A stretch of DNA of 64,000 bases, from NCBI GenBank assembly GCA_951406725.2, contig OX597824.1:49910001-49974000 (forward strand), given 5' to 3'. The DNA comes from Octopus vulgaris (lineage: Eukaryota). Positions 1-11,165 of the stretch are shown one piece after another (position 1 is the first letter of the stretch; each line of letters begins with the position of its first letter). A program made the position numbers and the translations under genes. The notes beneath the pieces were generated by a model. That model saw only the letters and a program-made list of their open reading frames with translations. It searched no databases and was not told the origin of the DNA.

Positions 1-53
1 ACAACATTAATTCCGTAAACCAGGAGAAAATTAAAAAAACATTTACCCTGTAA

Positions 54-158
54 TTCTTTATACGATGCACCGTTTCGTCTATTGTTTAATGGTAAACTAA
101 CCTGATTAAATTAAATCAAGCTAGTCTTCCATAGGCCGATAGATTCATCAGTAAAGAA
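54..158 (-). ncRNA. Inverted copy of the 439-543 hammerhead
   Basis: Reverse complement of 439-543 within the inverted repeat. Confidence 0.8.
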
Positions 159-438
159 CGGTCAGATCGGAGCAGATATTTACACGAGGCACTTCCATGG
201 TCTATGACTATTTAATTTTTTCCCACTAGGCCGCTGGTGGCAAAAAAATTCTGCGAAATTTTTTGCCACCCTATATTGATTAATTATGAATTTTCTGGTT
301 AATTCCGTAATGGAATCGGCGGCTTATATTTGCTGCCGATAAATTTGGCGCGAGTGCGATGATTTGAAAATCTTAGGTCAGATATTGCCGAGACAGTGGT
401 GGAAGTGCCTCGTGTAAATATCTGCTCCGATCTGGCCG

Positions 439-543
439 TTCTTTACTGATGAATCTATCGGCCTATGGAAGACTAGCTTGATTTAATTTAATCAGGTTAG
501 TTTACCATTAAACAATAGACGAAACGGTGCATCGTATAAAGAA
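439..543 (+). ncRNA. Type I hammerhead ribozyme with long stem II
   Basis: Stem I TTCTTTA(439-445)/TAAAGAA(537-543); CTGATGA 446-452; stem II TCTAT..ATAGA enclosing an ACTAGCTTGATT/AATCAGGTTAGT hairpin; GAAAC 521-525; stem III ACGG-TGCA-TCGT; GTA site 534-536. Confidence 0.85.
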
Positions 544-763
544 TTACAGGGTAAATGTTTTTTTAATTTTCTCCTGGTTTACGGAATTAATGTTGTTTTG
601 CGGTTGAAGCCTTGGCTGTTATTTCTAGTGGGTGAATGGCCTATTATGGCCGTTCCTTGATTTTGCTGTTGAATTTATAAATGGTCTATGACTATTTAAT
701 TTTTTCCCACTAGGCCGCTGGTGGCAAAAAAATTCTGCGAAATTTTTTGCCACCCTATATTGA

Positions 764-819
<56 letters not shown>

Positions 820-821
<2 letters not shown>

Positions 822-947
822 GGGCTTCTTTCAGTTATTCTAATAAATCCACTCACAAGGTTTGACAGAAGATACTTGCTCAAAATGCCACGCAATGGGA
901 CTGAACCCGGAACCATGTTCTTACTACACAGCCACGCCTGCGCCTAT
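820..947 (-). mobile_element. SINE family A head (tRNA-derived), partial
   Basis: Reverse complement matches the head GGCGCAGGCGTGGCTGTGTGG..GGTTCCGGGTTCAGTCCCA..GAAAGAAGCCCG seen at 2430, 10823 and 24289. Confidence 0.75.
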
Positions 948-1489
948 TTCTGTTTTTTTCTGAAGCAAGGGTGGACATCTTGGTCAACACAAACTAAATT
1001 AAAGAAATATTAATGCTACTTAAATAATTAAATGATATACAGATACCTGCACATTAATATAAATGATACAAATTTATAAATATTCTATTGTGCAAAGTAC
1101 CAGTCTGTGCAAGGTACCAGCAGAATAGTTTGTTGGCCGCAGAAATTAAAAGCTTCTGTTCGTAAATGAATGCAGATTATAAGAGGTTCCGAACCCTGAT
1201 GGTCCAGAAAGTCGGTCTTGTATAGATATACATACAGAAAGGAATACAAGATATAGAAAACGAAAATAACAGAAAGCAAAAACAATCATGCATACAGATA
1301 CGCGCCAACGAGCGCACATATAAAAACGTACATGCACACGCATACATGCATACGTACACGGAGAAAGGGACACACATTTACAAACGCACACACAAACACA
1401 TACATATACACATACGTACAAAGCAGACATGCACTCATTCAGGACCCCGTACTTTCCCTTCTGCCATTACATAATTATCACCCCCCTAT

Positions 1490-1915
1490 TTCTGTAGGTG
1501 ACGCTGGTTGACTGACTCTGCTGATGTTATTCCACGCTCTCCAATCCACGGCGCTAGCCATAGCATTTTTGAGGTCGAGGTGCTGCAACTTCAGGTCTTC
1601 CTCAATTTGTTTTGCCCATGTCTTCTTTGTTACGCTGCTCTGAATTCTTCAGCGCATTGGTCGCTGCCGCTACAAAGTCTGGTGTCATAATCTTCGGTGC
1701 TCATCCTGCAGACGTGGCCAAACCATTGTAGCCTCCACTACCGGACTTAGCCTTCAATGGTCGGTTACTGCTGGCATTGTTCTCGGATGTTGTAGTTTGA
1801 GAGTTAGTCGCATAGAGGGTCAGCAATGATCTGACAAAGACACTGCAACTGGAACATCTCGAGCTTGTCAGGTCCTGTTTGAGAAATTGTCCAGGTCTCA
1901 GAAGCACTGTATAAT
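1490..1915 (-). mobile_element. Degenerate RTE-type LINE ORF C-terminal fragment
   Basis: Minus-strand translation with stops reads SETWTIS..KLEMFQLQCL..RLQWFGHVCRM..KTWAKQIEEDLK, matching the post-RT motifs of RTE-clade LINEs. Confidence 0.75.
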
Positions 1916-2429
1916 AATATAGATATATGTGCTTCTATAAAATATGTATTGACCCAGATTAAAAAATATACATACATTTACACACACAAACATACACATA
2001 TGCATTCATACAAATACACATACCTGTGTTATCAAGGATTTCGCCTCGTCGCTGCGTGGTTCCAGGTTCGATCACACTGCGCGTGAAGTATCATAGCCAC
2101 ATGTTGACCAATGCCTTGTGAGTGAAATCTGGGAGTTGCTCAGAAATCTGTGGTGTGTGTGTATGTATGTATGTATGTATGTATGTATGTATGTATGTAT
2201 GTATGTATGTATGTATGTATGTATGCATGTATGTATGCGTGTATGCATGTATATATATGTACATATAAATATATACGTATACATACATGCATATATGTAT
2301 ATATATACTCTCCTATATATATATATATATATGCATACATATAATGTATATGTATATAAATATATGCATATATATGTATATACATATACATACATATGTA
2401 TATATATATATACATACATACTAATATAT

Positions 2430-2585
2430 AGGCGTAAGCGTTGTTGTGAGGTTAGAAGCTTGCTTCCCAACCACATCATTCCAGGTTCAGTCCCACTGCG
2501 TGGCAACTTGAGCAAGTGTCTTCTGCTCGGGCCGGCCAAAGCCTTGTGAGTGGATTTGGTAGACGGAAACTGAAAGAAGCCCGTC

Positions 2586-2627
<42 letters not shown>

Positions 2628-2820
2628 TCGTTATTTGTGATCTGTCCCTGTCTCCCACCATCACTTGAAATCCGATGCTGGTGTATTAGCAGTTCGGCAA
2701 AAAAGAGACAGATAGAATAAGTGCTAAGCTTACAAAGAATAAGTCCTGGCGGTCGATTTGTTCGACTAAAGGCAGTACTCCAGCATGACAGCAGTCAAAT
2801 GACTGAAACAAGTAAAATAA
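2430..2820 (+). mobile_element. SINE family A, full bipartite copy with internal (TA)n
   Basis: tRNA-like head (A-box-like GTGG, B-box-like GGTTCAGTCCC), then a microsatellite, then a tail ending CAGTCAAATGACTGAAACAAGTAAAA. Confidence 0.85.
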
Positions 2821-4334
2821 TATATGTATATGTATACACACACACATACGCACACATAATTGTCGGTTAATGCTCTTACTATATAAACCTGAAGATTGCG
2901 GAAAGCATGGAAGTACTATCACACTATTAAACTGTAAAATTGTGAAAAATACTAAAGTAAAGCCTAAAAATTAGGCTATGTTCGATTTATATATTTTCCT
3001 GCAAATAATTACACGAGCCCTAAGATATATATTTATATATGGAAATATACATGTACTTTGTATTGCTAGCGTCACATGAATTTAGAAACGTCGAGAACGT
3101 GAAATCATTCTTTTTAAAAACTGTGTATCTCAAAGCAAATAAAGCTATAAATAATAGCGCGTAAATATTTGTTTAAAAGCACTTTGGATTGAAAAAGAGA
3201 TTCCACACCCCTAAAAGATATACATACATGCATACACACACATACATATATGATACATACATATATACATACGTACACACACACACATACATACATACAC
3301 ACATATACATGCTTATGTACATACATATACTTAAATACATACACACATACATACATCCTTTCCCCCATAAAAGTGATATAAGTGCACAAAGAAAAGGCGA
3401 AACGCTGATAGAACCACTGCCGCTGCCGTCGCCACCATATTGATGTGTTCTAGTGGCAGCCATTGGCAGAAAAGACACTTTAGACCAAACAAGCTGTTTA
3501 TGACTGGCAAGCAAGAGTAGAAAAATTGAGTGGTCGTGTATTTTGCATTAAGTAACAAATTGACTTGCAAGCTAGATAGATCGAACCTAACGATACGATC
3601 AAAAAGATGGCGAAAAGTCGTTTTCTTAGTTCAAGTCGATAGACGTAAATAAGTAAATGATCTATCGCTTATCGCCATTTCGGACACGGTTATTAACACA
3701 ATCTTTGCTGATTCTCAATTGATATCAATTGATTTATTGCATGCGTGTTACGGATGTGGAGAAAGGGAGAAAAAAAAAAACCTTTGCTATCGATTAAGCA
3801 ATTATGCCCCTTCCCTCTTAGCCACCTCACAAAGCAACCACTGCCACCGCCGCCACCGCGTCCACTTTTCTCTCTTTCTCTGTCTCCCGCTATGACTGGA
3901 CAACGATAGCAATACAAGCTACAAAGTGTTGTGTTTGTTGTTTGGTTGAAAGGCTATCTATTTTTGAGTGACCAGACAGATTAAAGGAATTAGAAATAGT
4001 CAAGTGGATTGTAAGAAGATATCACATGACAGGAATCAAGAATGTAAATGTTGTTTGACAGGGCTTGAAAGTGGAGAATATGTGTTTAGATTACTAATTT
4101 CGGCTGAACGTGGATGTTTCTATCATCCATTTTATTCAGCTTGTGTTTACTTACTGAAATGTTCAGGGTGAAATAGTTGACGAGAGGAATTATTTTGTTC
4201 TATAAACGCATTAGCTGGAGTTCAAATTTAGGAAAGACCTATTGTCGAGTATCTGCAAAAGATAATTATTTTTATTTAACACATCAAAGTTCACTTAACA
4301 TCTGGAAAATTTACCTACAATAGCTTTAAGGCTT

Positions 4335-4555
4335 AAGACGGTGAGCTGGCAGAATAGTTAGCACTCCGGGAAAAATGCTTAGCAGCATATCGTCTATCCT
4401 TACGTTCTGAGTTTAAATCCCGCCCAGGTCGACTTTACCTTTCATGCTTTCGGGGTCAATAATATAAGTACTAGTTGAGCACTGGGAGGGTTCGATGCAA
4501 TAGACTTACTCCCTCCTCCTAAATTACTGGCCTTGTCCAAAAATTTGAAACCAAT
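4335..4555 (+). mobile_element. SINE family B (core resembling the Meta/Sauria-type domain)
   Basis: GGTGAGCTGGCAGAA head; core GGTCGACTTT.CCTTTCAT.CTTTCGGGGTC..AAGTAC.AGTT; many copies in the window. Confidence 0.8.
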
Positions 4556-5204
4556 AAGCCTTTAAAACTAGAATAACAAGAACGTGATACTCATCTCGTT
4601 TCACTCAATGGGGTGTTGATGGAAGAAATGGATACAATATTTAAAGAATGGTTGTATTTTATAAAGAATGGTTACCCATTTTAAAGAAGAATTTCAGAAG
4701 AGGGTGTAAATGAAAACTTTTTTTCATGAAAATTGGGAAATGAGAAGAGTGACGAAAATTGGAAGAAATTTTCGCAGAAGAGACGTCCTCACATTTTAGC
4801 AATTAATTTTTGGACATTTGAAGATGCTAAGTGATTATCTGCCATTTCTCAACGAAAATCAAAATCTAACGAATGGTTTATTTAACAATATGTATATGAA
4901 TATGGTAAACAATATTCTGAACAATGACTGATTGTTACTTAGCTTAGCTGCGGCAGCCCTGAAATTTTACGCTTTGTTTGGTCAGTACAAGATAAAAACG
5001 ATCAGAAAGTAGATGTTATTAGATGTAAGTGGCTCTAGACGGGTGTCTTCTCATAACTTGAGAGAAAAGAAATATTTCTTTAGCTATTTGAAAATATTCT
5101 TAGGATATGGAATTCTTCCAGATGTTCGATGATCTGTGAAAGAGAGCGAGATCAATAGCTTGGGACTGTTCAACAAATTGACTTGGTCTTGACAGGCTCT
5201 ACCT

Positions 5205-5405
5205 TTTATCTTTTACTGGTTTCAGTCATTAGACTGCGGCCATGCTGGGGCACCACCTTGAAGAATTTTATTCGAACTAATCAACCTCAATACTTATTTT
5301 CTTTTTAAACCTGTTACTTATTCTATGGGTTTCTTTTGTCGAACCTCTAAGTTACGGCGACGTAAACACACCAACACCGATTGTCAAGCAGTGGTGGGGA
5401 ACAAG

Positions 5406-5450
<45 letters not shown>

Positions 5451-5615
5451 GACGGACTCCTTTCAGTTTCCGTCTATCAAATCCACTCACAAGGCTTTTG
5501 GTCGGCCCGAGGCTATTGTAGAAGACACTTGCTGAGGATGACACGCAGCGGGACCGAACCCGAAACTATGTGGTTGGGAAGCAAACTTCTAACCACACAG
5601 CTCTGACTACGCCTT
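5205..5615 (-). mobile_element. SINE family A with internal (CA)n
   Basis: Reverse complement of the family A head and tail. Confidence 0.85.
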
Positions 5616-5714
5616 ATTTCAGGAGTTATTCAGAGTGTGTGAGTGTGTGTGTGTGTGTGTGTGTGTTTGTGTATATGTATGTGTATGTGTGTGTGTTACA
5701 ATGATTCCACGGCC

Positions 5715-5945
5715 AAGAATTTTATTTAATTCATTTTGCAGGAAGGACTGCTTCGGCCGGATCGTGTTCTGCCCTTACCTTCGAAACACGCATTGAGTCG
5801 AACCAGGGGCAGCTGATGAAGGGGAATATTCCTTGTATTGTTTGTCTTGTACTCTGTTTTCGTTGTTAAAAAAGTCCGTTTCCTCGTTTGTTTTCGTTTC
5901 TCGTTGTGTTCTACGTTTATTTGTGGTGTCCTGTACTCATATATA
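5715..5945 (+). mobile_element. Probable PLE pseudo-LTR end carrying a rearranged hammerhead
   Basis: Homologous to about 9214-9410: both start GAATTTTATTT..GCAGGAAGG and end TGTGGTGTCCTGTACTCA next to TA-rich sequence. Confidence 0.6.
5763..5824 (+). ncRNA. Candidate non-circularly permuted hammerhead ribozyme
   Basis: CGTGTT-CTGCCCTT / CCTTC-GAAA-CACG / AGGGGCAG-CTGATGA-AGGGG: all conserved core residues with stem III (5 bp), stem I (8 bp) and stem II, but the strands occur in reversed order. Confidence 0.6.
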
Positions 5946-6107
5946 TATACAAGGATGAAAAAAAACGGAAAAGTGGTACACAAATGCAAATGCAAATAAA
6001 GGTTATTAACAACAGGTATCATTCGACTAAGGACGAATTAAGTTAAGCTGGTGTGTGTCGAAGTGAAGCCTTACGACAGGGACATAAGAGATGAAAGGCA
6101 TAGGGAG

Positions 6108-6411
<304 letters not shown>

Positions 6412-6824
6412 TGAGTGAATGTATTACATGCAAATTTACATACACATATATATATATATGTGTATGTATGTATATTCTTATGCATTTATCTGTATGAATA
6501 TGATTTAATTCATGTATGGATTTAGGGAATTATATAAGTCAATATGGACGTTCTTTTTATGCAAACACACAAACAGGCAAGTTCGCTCCCACACTGATTA
6601 TTTTCCCTACTAAATACTCTCTATATTTTCATATATAATGCTTAGAAAAAGAATGACGATTTAAGATCAGCAGTAGCTGCAACAGTAACAGCAACAACTG
6701 CAACAACATGAGTAAGAGTAGGAAAAATTCATTGGTAATTCTTATAACTATATTGTGCAATACTAGTAATATCAACCAGAATCAGCGATGAAAGCAGCAG
6801 TGGAGCTGTTGTTGCTGCTGTTTG

Positions 6825-6883
<59 letters not shown>

Positions 6884-7070
6884 GCATTGTCGTTATCATC
6901 ATTGCATTCACTTTTGTCTTTAGCACCATTAATAACAAACGTATTGTCGATAACTGCCATACACCAACAACAGCAACAGCAACAGCAATCAGTAGTAAAT
7001 GCAGAAAGGTTGCGACAAGTAAATTTCAAATATCAATTGTAAAATAAAGTCAAAAGAATAAAATTACGAT

Positions 7071-7109
<39 letters not shown>

Positions 7110-7746
7110 CAACAACAGTTGCAGCGACAACAAAAACAATTATAAAAACCACACACAGACACACACATACACATACGCATACACACATACACACACAAAA
7201 TACCAGACAAAAAAAAGGTACTGCTAAGAAAAAAAAAGGAAAGAATCAAACAGTGTAGGCAAACATGCGTTCAGTATCCCGCCTTTCTAGCAATCATGGC
7301 GCACAGAAATCTCCTGGGATGTCAGTATAAAGTCCGCCATATTACAGCGAATAAAATGTTTGGTTCAGCAGAGTATTCAAGCGAAATTGACGCCATTCTT
7401 GTTGATATTGCTTGTTTGCTTGTTATTATTGTTACTGGTGTTGTTTACTTTTTGTTGTTTATATTGTTGTTTGCTGTTATTGTTTAAGGTTGTTATTGTT
7501 TGTAGTGGTGGGGCTTGTTCTGGCGTGTTCTAGTGGTGGTGGTGGTGGTGGTTGTGTTAGACATTATGATCTTTCACGAGTTCTTGTTACAGTAGTTGTT
7601 GTTTAGCGTCATTGTGGAGGTAGTGGTTGTTGATGAGGTGGTGTTGGCTCTAGTAGAGATTGTTGATGTTGAGAAGGTAGTCTTTATTGTGCCTTATTTA
7701 TTGTTTAGTCTTGGAACAGCTTGTTGTTGTTATTGTTATAATAATG

Positions 7747-7793
<47 letters not shown>

Positions 7794-7819
7794 TATTATT
7801 ATTACTGTTGTTGTTGTTG

Positions 7820-7864
<45 letters not shown>

Positions 7865-7865
<1 letters not shown>

Positions 7866-8070
7866 GGCAGCGAGCTGGCAAAATCGCTAGCACGCCGGAC
7901 AAAATGCTTAGCGGCATATCGTCCGTCTTTACGTTTTGTGTTCAAATTCTGTAGGGTCTACTTTGCCTTTCCTCCGGTCAGGGTCGATAAAATAAGTATC
8001 AGTCAAATACCGAGGTCGATATAACCGACTAGCTCCTTACTCCAGCATTTCAGGCCTTGTGCTTATAATA
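7865..8070 (+). mobile_element. SINE family B after (TTA)n
   Basis: Family B head and core. Confidence 0.8.
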
Positions 8071-8072
8071 GA

Positions 8073-8127
<55 letters not shown>

Positions 8128-8625
8128 AGCAGCACTTAATCTTACCTCAGCATTGATCGAACAAACTTATGATTGCCTGAGTTCTTGCCGAGAACATCCT
8201 GTCTTGTTTTTAAGATACATTTTATACATTATCCAGTATGAAATGTGTATGGTATGATTTGAAGGAGATTTTGTTGTTATTCATTGCAGATCAAGCAACT
8301 CCCTGTTTGTGGTGTTGGCGCTTGATTTATATTGGTGTTGTTTTGATTGTGCATTCATTATAACTGAGTAACATTAAGGTTAACAGTCGGTCACGTGTAC
8401 AAATAACCACTACACAACATCCATAAAGACATTAATAACGATTTTTCAACCTTTTTTTTTCGATTCACAGCATATTGACAATAAGTGTTGTAGCATATAT
8501 GTGATATATGTGTGTGTATACGTGTGTGTGTGTGTGTGTGAGAGAGTTTGTGTGAGGGAGTGTATGTGCGTGTATATATATTATATATATATGCATATAT
8601 ATATATATATATGTATATATATATG

Positions 8626-8681
<56 letters not shown>

Positions 8682-8764
8682 CAAGATAAGGGCAGAAGAA
8701 AAATTCTAATGCCAGATACGTCGAAACAAAAAATTGTCGATAACCATTAAATTTATCCTATATC

Positions 8765-8803
<39 letters not shown>

Positions 8804-8804
<1 letters not shown>

Positions 8805-9050
8805 TTTATTTAAAGCAGCAGAAAATTCAACAAAACCTGTTACTCTGAGTTTCACGTTCCCGTTCGTCGGACAGTTTTTGCTAGAATATATCGGTTCTAT
8901 TCTAGCAAAAACTGTCTGACGAACGGGAACGTGAAACTCAGAGTAACAGGTTTTGTTGAATTTTCTGCTGCTTTAAATAAAGCATATTACTCTACCACTG
9001 GTATTTGAGTACTCTTTTTTCTACCTTGTTTCACATTTATGTGTTTACTC
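8804..9050. mobile_element. PLE pseudo-LTR end with an 85-bp inverted duplication
   Basis: 8804-8888 is the reverse complement of 8898-8982 (1 mismatch, 9-nt spacer); abuts (TA)n; contains a hammerhead. Confidence 0.75.
8912..8949 (+). ncRNA. Minimal type I hammerhead ribozyme
   Basis: CTGT-CTGACGA-ACG GGAA CGT-GAAACTCAGAGTA-ACAG: stem I CTGT/ACAG, stem II ACG/CGT, quasi-palindromic stem III, GTA site. The mirror copy on the minus strand at about 8837-8874 has CCGACGA. Confidence 0.85.
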
Positions 9051-9255
9051 CGGCTTTTTCATTCGTGCTCTTGTGTGTTTGATTTCCTGTATCGTATTCT
9101 CTTTTTATTTTCTCGTTTTGTATTTATTTGTATTTTTTGTACATGTATTTTTATTTTTGCAGTTTTATTGTTACGTCCTGTTCGTGCTCGTACTCATTTT
9201 GCCCCGCTGCTTGGAATTTTATTTTAATTCTCTCGCAGGAAGGCCTAATGGATTA

Positions 9256-9303
9256 GTGTTCTGTCTCTGCCTTCGAAACATGCTTGACAGCTGATGACGG
9301 GGG
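9256..9303 (+). ncRNA. Second copy of the candidate rearranged hammerhead
   Basis: GTGTT-CTGTC / CCTTC-GAAA-CAT / GACAG-CTGATGA-CGGGG; stem I CTGTC/GACAG versus CTGCC/GGCAG in copy 1. Confidence 0.5.
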
Positions 9304-9473
9304 TTTTTTCCTTGTATAGCACGTCCTGTAACTGTTTTTCTCGTTTTCTTGTTTTTTGTTTTTTTGATTTTCCCGTTTCTACGTCTTATTGTGGTGTCCT
9401 GTACTCACGTATAATTATTTATATATGCATGTATATATATATATGTTTGTATGTATGCATATATTTTTATTTA

Positions 9474-9515
<42 letters not shown>

Positions 9516-9886
9516 CTTCTTTACTCTTTTACACTTTCACTTCTTTCAGTCAGTCATTTGACTGCGGCTATGCTGCAGCACTGCTCGACCCCAAGAATTA
9601 TTCTTTGCAAGCCTAGTACTTATTCTATCGGTTAGTTTTGCCGAACCATTACGTTACAAGACCGTAAGCAAACCAGCATAGGTTGTCAAGCGATGGTGGG
9701 GGGACAAACACAGACACACATAAATAGACACACGCATACACACACATACACACACATGCACACACACACACACATATACATATGTATAGTTAGATATATA
9801 CTTGTGAATGTGTGTCTCTGTATGTGTGTGTTTGAGTTAGCCCGCGCGTGTGTGTATGTGTGGTGTGTGTATATATATGTGTGTGT

Positions 9887-10325
9887 AGGCACAAAAGTGG
9901 CTCTGTGGTTGAGAAGGTCGTTTCGCAGACATGGGGTTTTTGGTTCAGTCCTACTACGTGGAACCTTCGGCGAGTGTCTTCTACTATAACCTTGGGTCGA
10001 CCAATGCATTGTAAGTAAATTTGGTAGACAAAAACCAGGCATACATACACACATACATACATATATTCAGGCATACATACATACGGACCCCCCCATCATA
10101 TATGAATGTGTGTAAGTGTGTGTGTGTGTGTGTGCATGTTTGTTTGAGTGCATGTATGTGTATGCGCGATTTTATGTTTATTCCCATGCTACTTCAGAAC
10201 CAATGCTGGTCCTTTTACCTCCCTGTAACTTAGCGGTTTGGCAAATAGATTTCAATGTGTTTGACTAAACCCTTGAAAGCAGTGCCTGCCACCGTGGTCA
10301 CATTCCAATGACTGAAACAAAAAAT
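9887..10325 (+). mobile_element. SINE family A, diverged
   Basis: Family A head at 9887-10035, then simple repeats, then a tail ending ATGACTGAAACAAAAA. Confidence 0.7.
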
Positions 10326-10413
10326 AAATGGATGGAAGAATCTCCCTATTTCTTTCTCTCTCTGTCGCGCGTCCATACACACACATACACGCACATAGGC
10401 ATGCACGTACGAT

Positions 10414-10556
10414 TACTACTACTACTATGGCAATCCCTCAAGGTCGAGGATGATGGTCTTCGCGCAAATTTATTGGTGAGTCCGCAGGTGACTGATAAGA
10501 CCAATTCTTGCTCGAAAAGATCGGTCACAGTGCGGACATCTAGTGCCGGAAGGGAG
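10414..10556 (-). mobile_element. RTE LINE extreme 3' end
   Basis: Translates to LPSGTRCPHCDRSFRARIGLISHLRTHQ* (RTE C-terminal C2H2), followed by a short 3' UTR and a (TAG)n tail. Confidence 0.85.
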
Positions 10557-10822
10557 ACGTACGATTATACATATATACATCTATACATAAATATATTTGT
10601 GTCTTTGTGTCTGTGTTTGTTCCCTGCCACCGCTTGATGACCAGTGTTAGTATGTTTACATCCCTGTAACGGTTAGGCAAAGAGATCGATAGGATAAGTA
10701 CCATGCTTGAAGAAATATGAAAACATAAGTACTGAGATCGATTCCTTCGATTAAGAATTCTTCAAGGCGGTGCTCCAGCATGGCCACAGTCAAATGACTG
10801 AAAGCAGTAAAAGATTATATAT

Positions 10823-11165
10823 AGGCGTAGGCGTGGCTGTGTGGTAAATAGCTTGCTTACGAACCACGTGGTTCCGGGTTCAGTCCTACTGCGTGGAACC
10901 TTGGGCAAGTGTCTTCTACTATAGCCTCGGGCCGACCAAAGCCTGGTGAGTGGATTTGGTAGACAGAGACTGAAAGAAGCCCGTCCTATATATGTATATA
11001 TATGCATGTGTGTGTATATGTTTGTGTGTCTGTGTTTGTCTCCCCAACATCGCTTGGCAACCGATGCTGGTGTGTTTATGCCCCCGCAACTTAGCAATTC
11101 GGCAAAAGAGAACGATAGAATAAGTACTAGGCCACAGTCAAATGACTGAAACAAGTAAAAGAGTA
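10823..11165 (+). mobile_element. SINE family A (an orphan tail precedes it at about 10600-10810)
   Basis: Head and internally deleted tail. Confidence 0.85.

Larger units (their letters stand above)
1..771. mobile_element. Penelope-like pseudo-LTR fragment with inverted and direct partial copies (extends off the left edge)
   Basis: 1-197 is the reverse complement of 400-596, and 197-287 is directly repeated at 681-771. It ends at (TA)n and contains a hammerhead. This tandem/inverted layout is typical of PLEs. Confidence 0.75.

Noticed and set aside
2430-2500. tRNA genes
   Set aside because: The tRNA-like heads are multi-copy SINE 5' ends without an intact cloverleaf.
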